NCBI GenBank assembly: GCA_965203925.1
Contig: OZ241924.1
Span: 4,971,195 to 5,035,194 of the forward strand
Direction: 5' to 3'
DNA: 64,000 nt
From: Bryobacterales bacterium
Lineage (GTDB): Bacteria; Acidobacteriota; Terriglobia; Bryobacterales; UBA6623
Shown: positions 28,372-39,131 of the stretch, piece after piece
How the letters are laid out: every line of letters starts with the position of its first letter
Position numbering within the stretch: position 1 is the first letter of the stretch
Made by a program: the position numbers and the translations under genes
The notes under the pieces: generated by a model
Told to the model about the DNA's origin: nothing
The model's input: the letters and a program-made list of their open reading frames with translations, nothing else
Database searches by the model: none

Positions 28372-29850
28372 TCATCGGCTTTGGCCTTGGGCCATGATGC
28401 GCTCCAATGCCTGCTCGAGCCGCTTGGCCACGACGGGATGGCGGGCGTAGACATTGCGCTTTTCGGAAGGGTCATCCTGAAGGTCGTATAGCTGGAACGG
28501 TCGTTCAAACGGCTTACCCGAAGGCTTCTCGCGGCCCCCGGAGCCATTCCCGGCCACCAGCTTCCAGCGGCCGTCCCGAATCGCGAACATGCCACTCCCG
28601 GAATGGTGAATCACCGGTGGACGAGGACGAGGCCGCGCCTGCCCTTTCAGGGTCGGAACGAAGCTGAAGCTGTCCTCCGCCGATTCCGACGGCAACGCGG
28701 CCCCCGCTAACTCCGCGAACGTGGCGAATACATCCGTAAGGCACACTGTCTCCCCGGTTCGGCTTCCGGGCGCAACCTGTCCAGGCCAGCGGACCAAGAA
28801 GGGGACTCTGTGCCCGGCCTCCCATATGTCGGCCTTCGTGCCGCGGAACACGTAGTTTGACGTGTGGTTCAGGGAGCGAAAGGCCTGAATGGTCGGATCG
28901 TCTGTGTGGTCCTCTTCTGACGGACTGTCCCGCCGGTACATGAAGGATCCATTGTCCGATGTCAGCAACACCAAGGTGTCCCGGGAGAGCCCCGAGCGTT
29001 CGACCGCTTGCGTGATGACCCCAACGGCCGAGTCGACGTGGACTATGAAGTCCCCGTACGGGCCCAGATCCGTCTTGCCCCGAAACCGCTCGCCGGGCCA
29101 AACCGGCTTGTGTGGCGCAGTGAGCGGAACATACAGCAGGAACGGGCTCGAATCACGCGCGCGACGGGCCAAGAATGCGGCGGCCTCGGCGGCGAGGTCG
29201 TCCAGGACTTTGACGGGATCCAGGTCCTTAGCCAGTTCGCCGGGACGCATGAACGGTGGGAACTTCAGCGCCTCTTGCTCACCCAGCGGTAAACCCGTGA
29301 TCTTGCCATCCCGGATATACACATAAGGGGGAAAGTCGAGCGACGCTGGGATGATCAGCGACTCGTGAAACCCGTGCGTGTGCGCGCCGTCGTCGATCGG
29401 CCCCTCGAAGTCAAACCCACCCGCATCGTCTCTGGAAAATCCAAGGCCCAAGTGCCACTTGCCCACGATGGCCGTCCGGTATCCCTGCTGCTGGAGCATT
29501 GTTCCGAGCGTTGCCCGGTCGCTGGCTAGGAGAGGCTCGCCGTAGCCGTTCAGCACACCTCTCTTGAGCTTGGTGCGCCAAGCATATCGGCCAGTGAGCA
29601 GTCCATATCGGGTAGGAGTGCAAACCGCCGACGGCGTATGCGCATCCGTGAAGGTCATGCCCTCGCGGGCTAGCGCATCTATGTTCGGCGTCGGGATCTT
29701 CGATGACTCGTTCAGCCAGGCGACATCTCCGTAGCCCAGATCGTCCGCCAGAACGATGACAAAGTTGGGTGCGGCACGGACTCCTGCGGTCACGAGACCT
29801 GCGCACAGGGCGATCCGGAGCCAATGGAACCGAGAGGTACACCAAGGCAT
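28372..29850 (-). CDS. Arylsulfatase (Cys-type)
   Basis: PNFVIVLADDLGYGD, CTPTR (CxPxR), GKWHLG, TSDNG, EAGHRVP. Confidence 0.95.
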   Translation of the reverse strand: MPWCTSRFHWLRIALCAGLVTAGVRAAPNFVIVLADDLGYGDVAWLNESSKIPTPNIDALAREGMTFTDAHTPSAVCTPTRYGLLTGRYAWRTKLKRGVLNGYGEPLLASDRATLGTMLQQQGYRTAIVGKWHLGLGFSRDDAGGFDFEGPIDDGAHTHGFHESLIIPASLDFPPYVYIRDGKITGLPLGEQEALKFPPFMRPGELAKDLDPVKVLDDLAAEAAAFLARRARDSSPFLLYVPLTAPHKPVWPGERFRGKTDLGPYGDFIVHVDSAVGVITQAVERSGLSRDTLVLLTSDNGSFMYRRDSPSEEDHTDDPTIQAFRSLNHTSNYVFRGTKADIWEAGHRVPFLVRWPGQVAPGSRTGETVCLTDVFATFAELAGAALPSESAEDSFSFVPTLKGQARPRPRPPVIHHSGSGMFAIRDGRWKLVAGNGSGGREKPSGKPFERPFQLYDLQDDPSEKRNVYARHPVVAKRLEQALERIMAQGQSR

Positions 29851-29967
29851 GGAAGTCATTGTGCCAGAGGCATCAGCGCTCGCGCGGATCGCAGACGAGA
29901 GGGGCAAGAGCCGCCGGCGGATGCGTGCTCGGCACCCACCGGCTCCGGCCTTCCGGGATTCGGAGAA

Positions 29968-30849
29968 CTAGTCGACCTTCTTCATGCGGCGCCTGCCCGA
30001 CATGTCGCGGCGCTCGTTCTCAAGGTCGAACTTGAAGTCCTCGACCGCGTCGGCGAGGCTCTCATTCTCGTAGTGCGGCTCACCCCACATCTCGGCCTGA
30101 TCGACAAGGACCTTGCGGATCTTGGGGTCGTTGATGTTCTCGCGGTCAAACATGATCCCCATGTCCAGCAGGGTCCGCGCCACTCGGAAGCGGACAGTCC
30201 CCGCGTCGACCTCCATAGCTTCGGTGGCAGACGAGAGGTCGGACACGTCCTTGCCGACCAAGCCAGCAATGCCGAGAAAGACGCCGCGGGTCAGGGTTTG
30301 GCTCTCCATCGCAGAAAGCTGGGCATCGACACGGTTTCCGCCCTCGACGCTTGTCAGTACGGGCGATGGGGTCGCGTTGCCCTCCGGCATCGGGAAGTCG
30401 AAGGTCACCGATCCCTCTTGGCCCACAAGCTCGTTCAGGTCAGCCAGATCCTCCGCGAAGTCGACTGCGTAAACCTTGGTGCGCCTACGGTATTCGCTCA
30501 CCGAAGGCTGGAAGTGCTCAATCATTGCTTCGTTGATCTCCATACCCTGTGCGAAGGCGTCTGCGAGTTCGTCGTAGCCGTAGGACAGGCCTGCCCTAAG
30601 GGCGGCCAGCCACAGCTCGGCCTTCGGACCAACGTCTCCCATTCCGTAACTCGCCTCCTCGAGCTGCTCAGCAGCCTTTGCGTAGTCCCCCAGCGCGTAG
30701 TTCTCGGCCGCCGCTTGGTAGAGCCACTCGGGGGTGCCTTGGCGAGGACCAGCGGGCTGGCCCGAGCACGAAACCAACAGTGCTAGCAACAAGGCCAGCG
30801 CGCCTGCCAAGCGGAATCTGGGTGTAGAAGGGTTCTGAAAACTAAGCAT
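29968..30849 (-). CDS. Hypothetical lipoprotein with TPR-like helix pair
   Basis: Lipobox LVSC; WLYQAAAENYALGDYAKAAEQL; GGAGG RBS. Confidence 0.75.
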   Translation of the reverse strand: MLSFQNPSTPRFRLAGALALLLALLVSCSGQPAGPRQGTPEWLYQAAAENYALGDYAKAAEQLEEASYGMGDVGPKAELWLAALRAGLSYGYDELADAFAQGMEINEAMIEHFQPSVSEYRRRTKVYAVDFAEDLADLNELVGQEGSVTFDFPMPEGNATPSPVLTSVEGGNRVDAQLSAMESQTLTRGVFLGIAGLVGKDVSDLSSATEAMEVDAGTVRFRVARTLLDMGIMFDRENINDPKIRKVLVDQAEMWGEPHYENESLADAVEDFKFDLENERRDMSGRRRMKKVD

Positions 30850-31015
30850 TCAATATGCCTCCTCTCCGGGCATAAGTCTCTCAACTTGAAGTCGAGATTG
30901 CAAGTATCGGGGAAACGACTCCGGGAAGCCCCTTCCTGAGTCTCGTGGGGGTTGGCGGTCTGACGTTTCTTGGCCACCGCCCAGAATCAGGTCGGATGGA
31001 CGGCTGAACGGTCGT

Positions 31016-31636
31016 GTGCCAACCGCAGTTCGGCTATCATTCGCAGCAGGCGTGGAGCTTCCTACACGGCACCAGGTCACAGATGCTGAAGGATTTGTAC
31101 TGGTGGGGGGCCAGAGCACGCGGTTCGGCCGTGACAAGGCATCCTTCGCGGTGGCGGGCAGGCCCATGGCGCTGCATGTCGCGGCGGCACTGGATGCGTG
31201 GCTCGAGACGGTGACCCTGGTTGGCGACTGCCGGGCCCGCTTCAATCCGGGACTGCCCACGATTCCGGACAGCATCCCAGACTCCGGCCCTTTGGGCGGG
31301 ATCGTCGCTGCCCTAGAGCATTGTCGCAGGGCGTGGAGCGTGATTGCGGCATGCGACATGCCATTGGTGAGCTCCGACCAAGTGGCCAACCTGCTACAGG
31401 CGGCGGCCGCCTCTGAGGCGCAAGCGGTGATCCCGCGCACTCCTGACGGCCGGCTGCAGCCGCTCTTCGCCGCCTACCACCGGAGTGCAAGGGCGCCTCT
31501 CGCGAGCGCGCTCGCTGAGGGTCGGCTGAAGCTGGCGAGAGCCCTTGACGCCGTGCGGTGGACGGAACTCGCGGTCACTGACGGCACGGGCTTCACGAAC
31601 GTGAACACGCAGGCCGACGTGCCCCTCCTGCCCTGA
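31016..31636 (+). CDS. mobA: Molybdenum cofactor guanylyltransferase
   Basis: LVGGQSTRFGRDKA, GPLGGI, ACDMP, QPLFAAY, NVNT; start uncertain. Confidence 0.9.
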   Translation: MPTAVRLSFAAGVELPTRHQVTDAEGFVLVGGQSTRFGRDKASFAVAGRPMALHVAAALDAWLETVTLVGDCRARFNPGLPTIPDSIPDSGPLGGIVAALEHCRRAWSVIAACDMPLVSSDQVANLLQAAAASEAQAVIPRTPDGRLQPLFAAYHRSARAPLASALAEGRLKLARALDAVRWTELAVTDGTGFTNVNTQADVPLLP

Positions 31637-31641
31637 AGGGG

Positions 31642-32796
31642 TCAGGCTGCTAGAGCGTGCGACAGCCGACGAAGATCAGAATGGTTGTTGAAGAAGTGCG
31701 GCGAGACCCGGAGATTGCCCTGGCGGACTGAAACGGCCACGCGACTCTCCCGCAGGCGTGCGGCAAGCCGGGCGCTGTCCAGTCTCGGAAACGACGCCGT
31801 GACGATCTGCGAGGCCGCGGGGCCCTTGGCAGCCGGATGCAAGACCCCACCGTGAGCGGCGACGATTTCACGGCAGCGTTCTGCCAAGCCCAGAATACGG
31901 GTCTCGATCCTGTCGAGCCCGAGTCTGAGGATCAGGTCTACGCTCGCCTCTAATCCAAAGAGCGCCGTGAACGCTTGGACACCACCTTCGTACGCCGCTG
32001 CGGACTCTGGAAGGACTGGCCTGCCGTGATGCAGGTGTTCGAAGTTCATCCAGTCCCGATGACTGCGCCAGCTCGTGATGCTCGGCGCCAGCCAGGAACG
32101 AGTGGTGGGAGGTACCCACGCGAATCCCGCTCCCGCAGGCGCCATCAGCCACTTGTAGCCATGCGCCACCAGGAAGTCCGCGGGACTGGACTCGAGATCG
32201 TGTCGCAAGGCCCCGACGCTTTGGGTAGCGTCGAGGCACAGCAGGACGGACCTTCGTCGCAGTTCCGCCGCCAATTCCTCGCACGGAGCGCGCAGGCCAT
32301 TGGAGTAGTTGACCGTGCTCAGCAGAACCAAGCGGGTGCGAGGACCGACCTCGTCGAGGAGCGTGTCCGCATCGAATGCAGTTCTGGGAGAGGGCAATGG
32401 CCGAAATGCCACGCCAAGCGTGTCGAGCAACTGCGGAGCATACAGGTTGTTGGGAAACTCGTGCTCGAACGCCAGAATCTCGTCGCCATGTCGCCATTCG
32501 ATACCGCGCAGCAACCATGACAGCCCCGTGCCGGCGTTCGGGCAGAAGGCGATGTCCCGAGGAGATGCGCCAATCAGCTGGCCAAGCTTCCCGCGAATGA
32601 GCTCCAGACGATCGAACCACTCCGGGAAATCGAGAGCCGCATTGCGGTCCCGGGCTCGGAGGTGCTCCCGTACGGCAGCGGCCGCTACGGATGGCAACGG
32701 GCCGAACGCCGCAGTGTTGAGGTGGGCCCAACGGTCCAGCACCGGAAACAGGCGTCGGGCCGCATTCCAGTCAGGAGCACTTTGGGCATGAGGCAT
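31642..32796 (-). CDS. Class V PLP-dependent aminotransferase (cysteine desulfurase-like fold)
   Basis: LNTAAFGP, EFPNN, LDATQSVG, GYKWLMAP, LRVSPHFFN. Confidence 0.9.
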   Translation of the reverse strand: MPHAQSAPDWNAARRLFPVLDRWAHLNTAAFGPLPSVAAAAVREHLRARDRNAALDFPEWFDRLELIRGKLGQLIGASPRDIAFCPNAGTGLSWLLRGIEWRHGDEILAFEHEFPNNLYAPQLLDTLGVAFRPLPSPRTAFDADTLLDEVGPRTRLVLLSTVNYSNGLRAPCEELAAELRRRSVLLCLDATQSVGALRHDLESSPADFLVAHGYKWLMAPAGAGFAWVPPTTRSWLAPSITSWRSHRDWMNFEHLHHGRPVLPESAAAYEGGVQAFTALFGLEASVDLILRLGLDRIETRILGLAERCREIVAAHGGVLHPAAKGPAASQIVTASFPRLDSARLAARLRESRVAVSVRQGNLRVSPHFFNNHSDLRRLSHALAA

Positions 32797-32926
32797 GTCA
32801 TTCCTCAGGCTACCCTCCCCAGCCCTGTCCGCCGGGTTTCCCTGAAAGAGGCCCCCCTCCGCCCATCATCCGCATGAATGGCTCGACCAGTTCTATACAC
32901 TGGGCAGAAGCGGGCACGCCGGCGTC

Positions 32927-34777
32927 TTGGCGTTCGATCAGTGGCCACGCTTGACTGCCACATTGACCACGGCGCTGCGGACCCGACTAGGCTTTGCCGC
33001 CGGTGTCTTTCACCGGGCAGAGAACGGCCTAGCCGTCCTGCTGTTAGCAGCCGTCGCAGCCCTCCCACTGGTCGAGGGGGCCGGACGTGTCGTTGGCGTC
33101 GGGACGCTCATTCCCGGTTCCCTGCCCCTCGTCCAGCACGCCACCCTCCTGATCGCGCTCGTGGGCGGCGCGATCGCCGCCCGTAAGCGCAAGCTGCTGG
33201 CACTGTCGACCGCCACGTTCCTGCCCGCTCGATTTCGCGTTGGCTCCCAAGTCGTGTCGGGGCTTCTTGGAGTCGCGGTGTGCACCTGCCTTTCTTTCGG
33301 AGCGTGGGAGTTTGCGTTGGTCGAAAGAGAGGCCGGGGACATCGTCGCCTTCGGATTGCCGGTGTGGGGCTTCGTCGCCGCGATGGTGCCCGGCTTCGCC
33401 CTGATCGGAGCCCGGCTGGCCTGGAAGAGTTCCCCGTCCTGGATTGGGCGGGCGCTCTCTGCGAGCGGCGTCGCTATCCCGATCGCCCTCGCGTTCTGGG
33501 AAACGCTTGGCGACCTGCCGATCCTGCAGTACGGCGCTCTGGCCCTCCTTGGCGGCGCAATCTTGGGGCTTCCGATCTTTGCGGTGATCGGAGGTCTGGC
33601 GGCACTGCTCTTCTGGTACGACTACATCCCTGTCAGCGCCGTGCCCCTCGCCGCATACCAGCTGTCCGGACAGCCACTCCTGCCTGCAATCCCGCTGTTC
33701 ACGCTGGCGGGTTACATCTTGGCCGAGGGTGGATCGAGCCGTCGCCTCGTGCGCGTCTTCTCGGCTTGGCTGGGTTGGATGCCCGGAGGATTGGCTCTGA
33801 CCACTGCGGCCGCCTTCGCCTTCTTCACGTCATTCACGGGAGCCTCTGGGGTCACAATCCTGTCACTCGGGGGCCTCATGCTGCCGATTTTGCTGGATTC
33901 CGGCTACGGAAGGCGGCCCGCGCTGGGGCTGATGACGGCTTCGGGTTCCATTGGCTTGCTGTTCCCCCCGAGCCTAGCGGTGATTCTGTACGGCGTGTAC
34001 TCAAGGACACCCCTCGACGAGCTCTTCTTGGGAGGCCTGCTTCCAGGGGCTGTCCTTGTCGCGCTCGTCGCAATCTGGGGCGCCCGCAGCGGCGGGAGGA
34101 GCAGCCGCACGAGGTTCGTGCTTGCCGAGGCACGCAAGGTCGCCGTTGAGGCCAAGTGGGAGCTGCTGCTGCCTGTGGTGGTGCTGGGAGGAATCCTGGG
34201 TGGCTTCCTGACGCTGCTCGAGGCCGCAGCCGTGACGGTTCTCTATGCGTTCCTGCTTGAGTGCGTGGTCCACAGGGACGTGTCCCTTCGCTCCGCGTTC
34301 CCCAAGCTGTCTGTCGAGTGCAGCGCTCTGGTCGGCGGCGTCCTGCTGATCTTAGGGGTCGCTCTCGGCTTCACCAACTACCTGATCGACGCCCAAGTGC
34401 CGGACTTGGCGCTGGACTGGGTCCAGTCACACATCGAGTCGAAGCTGGTATTCCTCCTAGCGCTGAACGGGCTGTTGCTGGTCGTCGGCTGCATGATGGA
34501 CATTTTCTCGGCGATCCTCGTCCTAGTGCCGCTGATCGCTCCGATGGGAGCAGCCTACGGCATCGATCCGGTGCACCTGGGGATCATCTTTCTCGCCAAC
34601 CTGGAATTGGGATACCTCACTCCTCCGGTCGGCCTGAATCTGTTCCTGTCCTCCTATCGGTTCGACGTGCCGCTTGTGCAGGTCTACAGATCGGTGCTGC
34701 CGTTCCTGCTGATTCTGTGCGTGGGTGTGCTGCTGATCACGTACGTGCCGGCGCTCTCGCTGACCTTGGTGCGCTGA
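32927..34777 (+). CDS. TRAP transporter fused DctQ-DctM permease
   Basis: [40 protein letters not shown]; N-terminal 4-TM DctQ-like part; start uncertain. Confidence 0.9.
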   Translation: MAFDQWPRLTATLTTALRTRLGFAAGVFHRAENGLAVLLLAAVAALPLVEGAGRVVGVGTLIPGSLPLVQHATLLIALVGGAIAARKRKLLALSTATFLPARFRVGSQVVSGLLGVAVCTCLSFGAWEFALVEREAGDIVAFGLPVWGFVAAMVPGFALIGARLAWKSSPSWIGRALSASGVAIPIALAFWETLGDLPILQYGALALLGGAILGLPIFAVIGGLAALLFWYDYIPVSAVPLAAYQLSGQPLLPAIPLFTLAGYILAEGGSSRRLVRVFSAWLGWMPGGLALTTAAAFAFFTSFTGASGVTILSLGGLMLPILLDSGYGRRPALGLMTASGSIGLLFPPSLAVILYGVYSRTPLDELFLGGLLPGAVLVALVAIWGARSGGRSSRTRFVLAEARKVAVEAKWELLLPVVVLGGILGGFLTLLEAAAVTVLYAFLLECVVHRDVSLRSAFPKLSVECSALVGGVLLILGVALGFTNYLIDAQVPDLALDWVQSHIESKLVFLLALNGLLLVVGCMMDIFSAILVLVPLIAPMGAAYGIDPVHLGIIFLANLELGYLTPPVGLNLFLSSYRFDVPLVQVYRSVLPFLLILCVGVLLITYVPALSLTLVR

Positions 34778-34838
34778 GCTGCTCGGGCGCCGGCCACGCT
34801 TGCTAGACTCGGGTTCGGGCAAGTTTCCTGCGCCATCC

Positions 34839-36077
34839 ATGGCCAAGCGTCGACCAAGATCCGTCACCTGCGTAGTCGGGGATGTCCCCGTCGGTGGAGG
34901 CAATCCCATCGTCGTGCAGTCGATGACCAATACCGACACCGCGGACACGACAGCGACGGTCAACCAAGTCATGGCTCTTGCGCAGGCAGGTTCGGAGCTC
35001 GTGCGCATCACGGTCAACCACGACAAGGCCGCACAGGCCGTACCGGCCATCGTTCAAACGTTGCGGGACTTTGGCTGCAATGTGCCCATCGTCGGAGACT
35101 TCCACTACAACGGCCACATTCTGCTGCGGAAGTACCCGGACTGCGCAAGGGCCCTTGCCAAGTACAGGATCAACCCCGGAAACGTCAACATCGGCAAGAA
35201 GCACGACGACAACTTCCGCACGATGGTGGAAGCAGCCATCGAGCACGGTAAGCCCGTCCGGATCGGCGTGAACTGGGGATCGCTCGACCAAGTGCTTCTC
35301 ACACGACTCATGGACGCCAACTCAAGGCTGTCCCAGCCGCTGTCGGCAGGAGAGGTGACGCTCGAGGCTATGGTCCGCAGTGCGCTGGAATCCGCACGGG
35401 CGGCAGAATCCTACGGCCTGCCACACGACCACATCGTGCTCAGCGCAAAGGTCTCAGGCGTGCTGGACCTTATCAACGTGTACCGTAAGCTCGCGCATGC
35501 CTGCGACTACCCGCTACACCTCGGCCTCACCGAAGCCGGAATGGGGGCGAAGGGGATGATCGCGTCAGCCTCCGGAATGTCCGTGCTTCTGCTCGAGGAC
35601 ATAGGCGACACGATTCGCGTGTCGCTGACCCCCCGGCCGAATGGGGATCGGTGCGAGGAGGTCGAGGCCTGCAAGCAGCTGCTGCAGTCGCTAGAGATCC
35701 GCAGCTTCACTCCGCAGGTGACCGCCTGTCCCGGATGCGGGCGCACAACGAGCACGTTCTTTCAGGAGATGGCTGAGGACATCCAGACCTATCTGGGCCG
35801 GCGGATGCCGGAATGGGGCCAAGCCTATGAAGGCGTCGAGGGAATGAAAGTGGCCGTCATGGGCTGCATCGTCAATGGCCCCGGAGAGTCCAAGCACGCC
35901 GACATCGGCATTTCGCTGCCTGGCACGTTCGAGGAGCCGGTCGCGCCCGTCTACGTGGACGGACGCCTTCACCGAACCCTGCGGGGAGAGAGGATCGTGG
36001 CTGAGTTCATCGACATTCTCGACTCCTACGTCGACGCACGCTACGCTTCCCGGCAGCCTTCCAATCCCGTCAGCTGA
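34839..36077 (+). CDS. ispG: HMBPP synthase (flavodoxin)
   Basis: [47 protein letters not shown]. Confidence 0.97.
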   Translation: MAKRRPRSVTCVVGDVPVGGGNPIVVQSMTNTDTADTTATVNQVMALAQAGSELVRITVNHDKAAQAVPAIVQTLRDFGCNVPIVGDFHYNGHILLRKYPDCARALAKYRINPGNVNIGKKHDDNFRTMVEAAIEHGKPVRIGVNWGSLDQVLLTRLMDANSRLSQPLSAGEVTLEAMVRSALESARAAESYGLPHDHIVLSAKVSGVLDLINVYRKLAHACDYPLHLGLTEAGMGAKGMIASASGMSVLLLEDIGDTIRVSLTPRPNGDRCEEVEACKQLLQSLEIRSFTPQVTACPGCGRTTSTFFQEMAEDIQTYLGRRMPEWGQAYEGVEGMKVAVMGCIVNGPGESKHADIGISLPGTFEEPVAPVYVDGRLHRTLRGERIVAEFIDILDSYVDARYASRQPSNPVS

Positions 36078-36098
36078 GCCTGTCGCGGCAGGCGCACG

Positions 36099-37244
36099 TC
36101 AGCGCGGCTCTGGCGGACCGAACCAAGGGAATTGGCCCGTCAGGCCATACTCGTGGTACACAGCCAGATAGGCGATGAAAGCGGCTATGACGCCGAAGAA
36201 GGCCAACACAGTTAGCCCGATGCGGCCCCACGGAAGGCTCCGTCCCTCCCTCCGCAACACGAGAAGCCAACTGGCCCCGATCCCGACGAAGTAGAGCAGG
36301 ATCATGGGCCCCGCGAACAGGGTCATCGTCAGCGGATCGCCCGTCGGTGTGATGATGGCCGCCAGGATGAACATGATCAGCACCGCGTAACGCACGTTCC
36401 GGAGCAGGAACCGCGGCGTAGTCAGCCGCAGCAGCGTAAAGAAGAAGATCAGCACCGGCAGCTGGAACACAAGGCCTAGGCCGATCTCGAGGATTATGAA
36501 GGTGTTGAGGTAGTCGCTGACCGAGATGTAGGGCTCGACGTCGTCCGAGACGGTCAGCAGGAATCGCAGAGTCACCCGCAGTGCGATGAAGTAGCAGAAC
36601 AGCCCGCCGAGAATGAACAGGATCGCCGTCGTGAAGATGAAAGGCACGGCCCAGCGCTTCTCGCGCTTATAGAGGCCAGGGGCTATGAACTGCCATGCTT
36701 GGTACGCCAGCCAAGGCGCGCCGAGAAAGACCGCAGCAAGCAGGGGCACCTTGATGTACTGAACCTGGAACTGCTCCAGAGGCCGAATGTTGACGATCTT
36801 TATCAGCTCGCCGTCCGGGCCAGCGATTGCGCGGGCGGCACCCCGGAACGGCTCCAGCGCCAGTCGCAAGAGTTCTCCGGCGTAGGCCAAGCATCCGAGA
36901 TACACCACCAAGAGCCCACCCAGGGCCCTCAGGATGCGAGTGCGCAACTCCTCCAGGTGTTCCAGGAAGGACATGCGCGCCATGTCCTCTTCTCCGTCAT
37001 CGTCCTCGTCCGCAGGCGGCGGAGGGGGCTGTGGCTTGGTCGGCGCGGGTGGTTCCGCCTCGACTACCGCGGGCGCCGGGGGCTCGGAGTGCGGGTCGTC
37101 GTAGAGGTGGTCGGACTCATCCTGATAGGGGTCGTCGTAGAACGAAGCGTCTCCCTCGGGGGTCTCAGGGGCCGGAGGGGATGCCCCTGCCTCATCGCTC
37201 GCATCGGAGCCGGCCTCGTTCTCTCGCTGGTCTTCCGGAGGCAT
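36099..37244 (-). CDS. tatC: Twin-arginine translocase TatC with long acidic N-terminal extension
   Basis: MSFLEHLEELRTR, WQFIAPGLYKREKR, FQLP, AAIITPTGDP. Confidence 0.96.
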   Translation of the reverse strand: MPPEDQRENEAGSDASDEAGASPPAPETPEGDASFYDDPYQDESDHLYDDPHSEPPAPAVVEAEPPAPTKPQPPPPPADEDDDGEEDMARMSFLEHLEELRTRILRALGGLLVVYLGCLAYAGELLRLALEPFRGAARAIAGPDGELIKIVNIRPLEQFQVQYIKVPLLAAVFLGAPWLAYQAWQFIAPGLYKREKRWAVPFIFTTAILFILGGLFCYFIALRVTLRFLLTVSDDVEPYISVSDYLNTFIILEIGLGLVFQLPVLIFFFTLLRLTTPRFLLRNVRYAVLIMFILAAIITPTGDPLTMTLFAGPMILLYFVGIGASWLLVLRREGRSLPWGRIGLTVLAFFGVIAAFIAYLAVYHEYGLTGQFPWFGPPEPR

Positions 37245-37296
37245 CTGGTGGTGAGCTGGGCGTGGCTAGTGGGTTGCTGGTAGCAGCCGTTCTCGC

Positions 37297-37761
37297 TCAG
37301 GCCTGACTGGTGGGCCCGGCCGATCCCTCCGCTTCGGGAACGCCGGAAACAGCCGGAGGTGTGGCGGAAGATCCTTCTCCAGCTTCCCCGCCGCCGTCGC
37401 CGTCTGCTGCTTTCCCCGTCTCCGTGGCTTGGTCGGACCCGTTCGCCTTTGCGGACGTTGAGGAGCCGGCCGAACCGCTGCCGTAGTCGTAGTCACTGTA
37501 GTAGTCGTCTTCGCTGTCGTCGTAATAGCTGGTATTGATGTCGCGGCGCACATCTGTGGCGAGGGTGCCGACTTCTCGCGTCTCGTGCTCGATGTTGTCC
37601 ATCTCCCGCTGGAATGTGGTCCTTAGTTCGTTTGAGGCCCGCTTGAATTCCGCCATCCCCTTGCCGAAGGTCTTGCCGAGCTCGGGGAGTTTCTTGGGCC
37701 CGAAGATGAGCAGTGCCAGGACAAAGAGGACTACAACTTCGCCCATTCCGATTGGACCCAT
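37297..37761 (-). CDS. tatA: TatA/TatB-family translocase subunit
   Basis: IGMGEVVVLFVLALLIFGPKKLPELGKTFGKGMAEFK; may be functionally TatB. Confidence 0.92.
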   Translation of the reverse strand: MGPIGMGEVVVLFVLALLIFGPKKLPELGKTFGKGMAEFKRASNELRTTFQREMDNIEHETREVGTLATDVRRDINTSYYDDSEDDYYSDYDYGSGSAGSSTSAKANGSDQATETGKAADGDGGGEAGEGSSATPPAVSGVPEAEGSAGPTSQA

Positions 37762-37932
37762 CGGATGCTCCCCCCGTTCCCGCCGACATGGAGCCGACGC
37801 CACTGAGCTAACTCTGATCATACCGATGCCACCGATCGGAATCAACCTGCGGAGGGCGGCTGGCCATCCCAGACAGTCGGCGACGCGGGCACTTTCGCTG
37901 CCGCTCACGGAGCGGCTAGCTAGAATGGAGCG

Positions 37933-38313
37933 ATGGACCGCATCGGGCTGAAACGCATGCACCATGTCTCCTTCGCGGTGGCCGATCTGGAAGCCTCCAA
38001 GCACTTCTTCTGCGAAGTGCTAGGCCTTCCGGAGGACCGGCGGCCGAACTTCACCTTTCCGGGCGCATGGCTGGCCGTTGGCGATCGGCAGATCCACCTG
38101 ATCCAGGAGACGGGCGCGGGCCGGACGGTGCAAGGCCGGATCAGCCGGTCCGACCATCTGGCTATGGAGGTCGAGGACCTAGAAGTCGTCAAAGGGCGAC
38201 TGGCCGAGTGCGGAGTGGATTTCCTAGAGGGCCAGAACCAGAGCCTTGGGATGAGCCAAGCCTTCTGTAGCGACCCGGACGGCCACACGATCGAATTCGT
38301 GCAGTACCACTGA
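37933..38313 (+). CDS. VOC/glyoxalase family protein
   Basis: HHVSFAVADL, QIHL, DHLA, DPDGHTIE. Confidence 0.92.
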   Translation: MDRIGLKRMHHVSFAVADLEASKHFFCEVLGLPEDRRPNFTFPGAWLAVGDRQIHLIQETGAGRTVQGRISRSDHLAMEVEDLEVVKGRLAECGVDFLEGQNQSLGMSQAFCSDPDGHTIEFVQYH

Positions 38314-38445
38314 CCTGACGCCCCGGTCGCGCCCTGCGTCTACAGCCGGAGTACCCAGCGCAGTCTGAAGTGGGCGGAGCCGCACGGGCCCGACCGGGCA
38401 CAGAACGACCGACGGTCTGCAACAATGGTACGCAAAGCCAACGAT

Positions 38446-39069
38446 ATGCACACTTTAGTACGCGTCCTCCTGCTGACGGTCGTGCTGGCCGTACCCGCCC
38501 TGCCCCAATCGGCTGAGCTTGGGATTTCCGTGGGCTACGGCACCTTGGGCGACAATGTGCTCAGCGCCTCAAGCAACCAGGCGGCAGCCTCCAGCGAGAC
38601 CTACTCGCTCTCGAATGGGGTGCGCGTTGGCGGTCGCATGGTCTTCAACAGTCGGGCCTTCCTGTCCCACGAGATCTCGTACGCCTACCAGCACGCTCGC
38701 CTCGAAGTCCAGCAAGAAGCGCCTGGAGAGTCATTGACGACCGACCTAGGCGCCGTGCGGGCGCACAACATGTTCTACAACCTGCAGCTGCACGCTCTGC
38801 CGACCGGCTCCCTCATCCGTCCGTTCGTGACCGGCGGGGGCGGCTTCACGTCCTTTTTCCTGCCGGGGATACCGTCCTTCTCGGGGTACGGGGACACCAA
38901 GTTCGGGTACAACTACGGTGCCGGCATCAAGCTCAACTTCTACACCTACGGCATTCGGGTTGACTTCCGCAACCACACCACCGGGAAGCCCTTCCGCCGG
39001 TACATACCCGGCATCGAAGGCATGCTGAGCAACACCGAGATTTCAGTCACGTATTCGCTGCTGCTCTGA
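38446..39069 (+). CDS. Outer-membrane beta-barrel protein
   Basis: Signal peptide; RPFVTGGGG, FGYNYGAGIK, GIRVDFRN amphipathic strands. Confidence 0.85.
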   Translation: MHTLVRVLLLTVVLAVPALPQSAELGISVGYGTLGDNVLSASSNQAAASSETYSLSNGVRVGGRMVFNSRAFLSHEISYAYQHARLEVQQEAPGESLTTDLGAVRAHNMFYNLQLHALPTGSLIRPFVTGGGGFTSFFLPGIPSFSGYGDTKFGYNYGAGIKLNFYTYGIRVDFRNHTTGKPFRRYIPGIEGMLSNTEISVTYSLLL

Positions 39070-39082
39070 CACTCAGCGCCGT

Positions 39083-39117
39083 TCCGGCGGCTGTCGAGTC
39101 TCCGGCCAGCCGCCGGA
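39083..39117. terminator. 11-bp GC-rich hairpin between convergent genes
   Basis: TCCGGCGGCTG/CAGCCGCCGGA; weak U tract. Confidence 0.55.
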
Positions 39118-39131
39118 CTTCGTCGGTGTGC

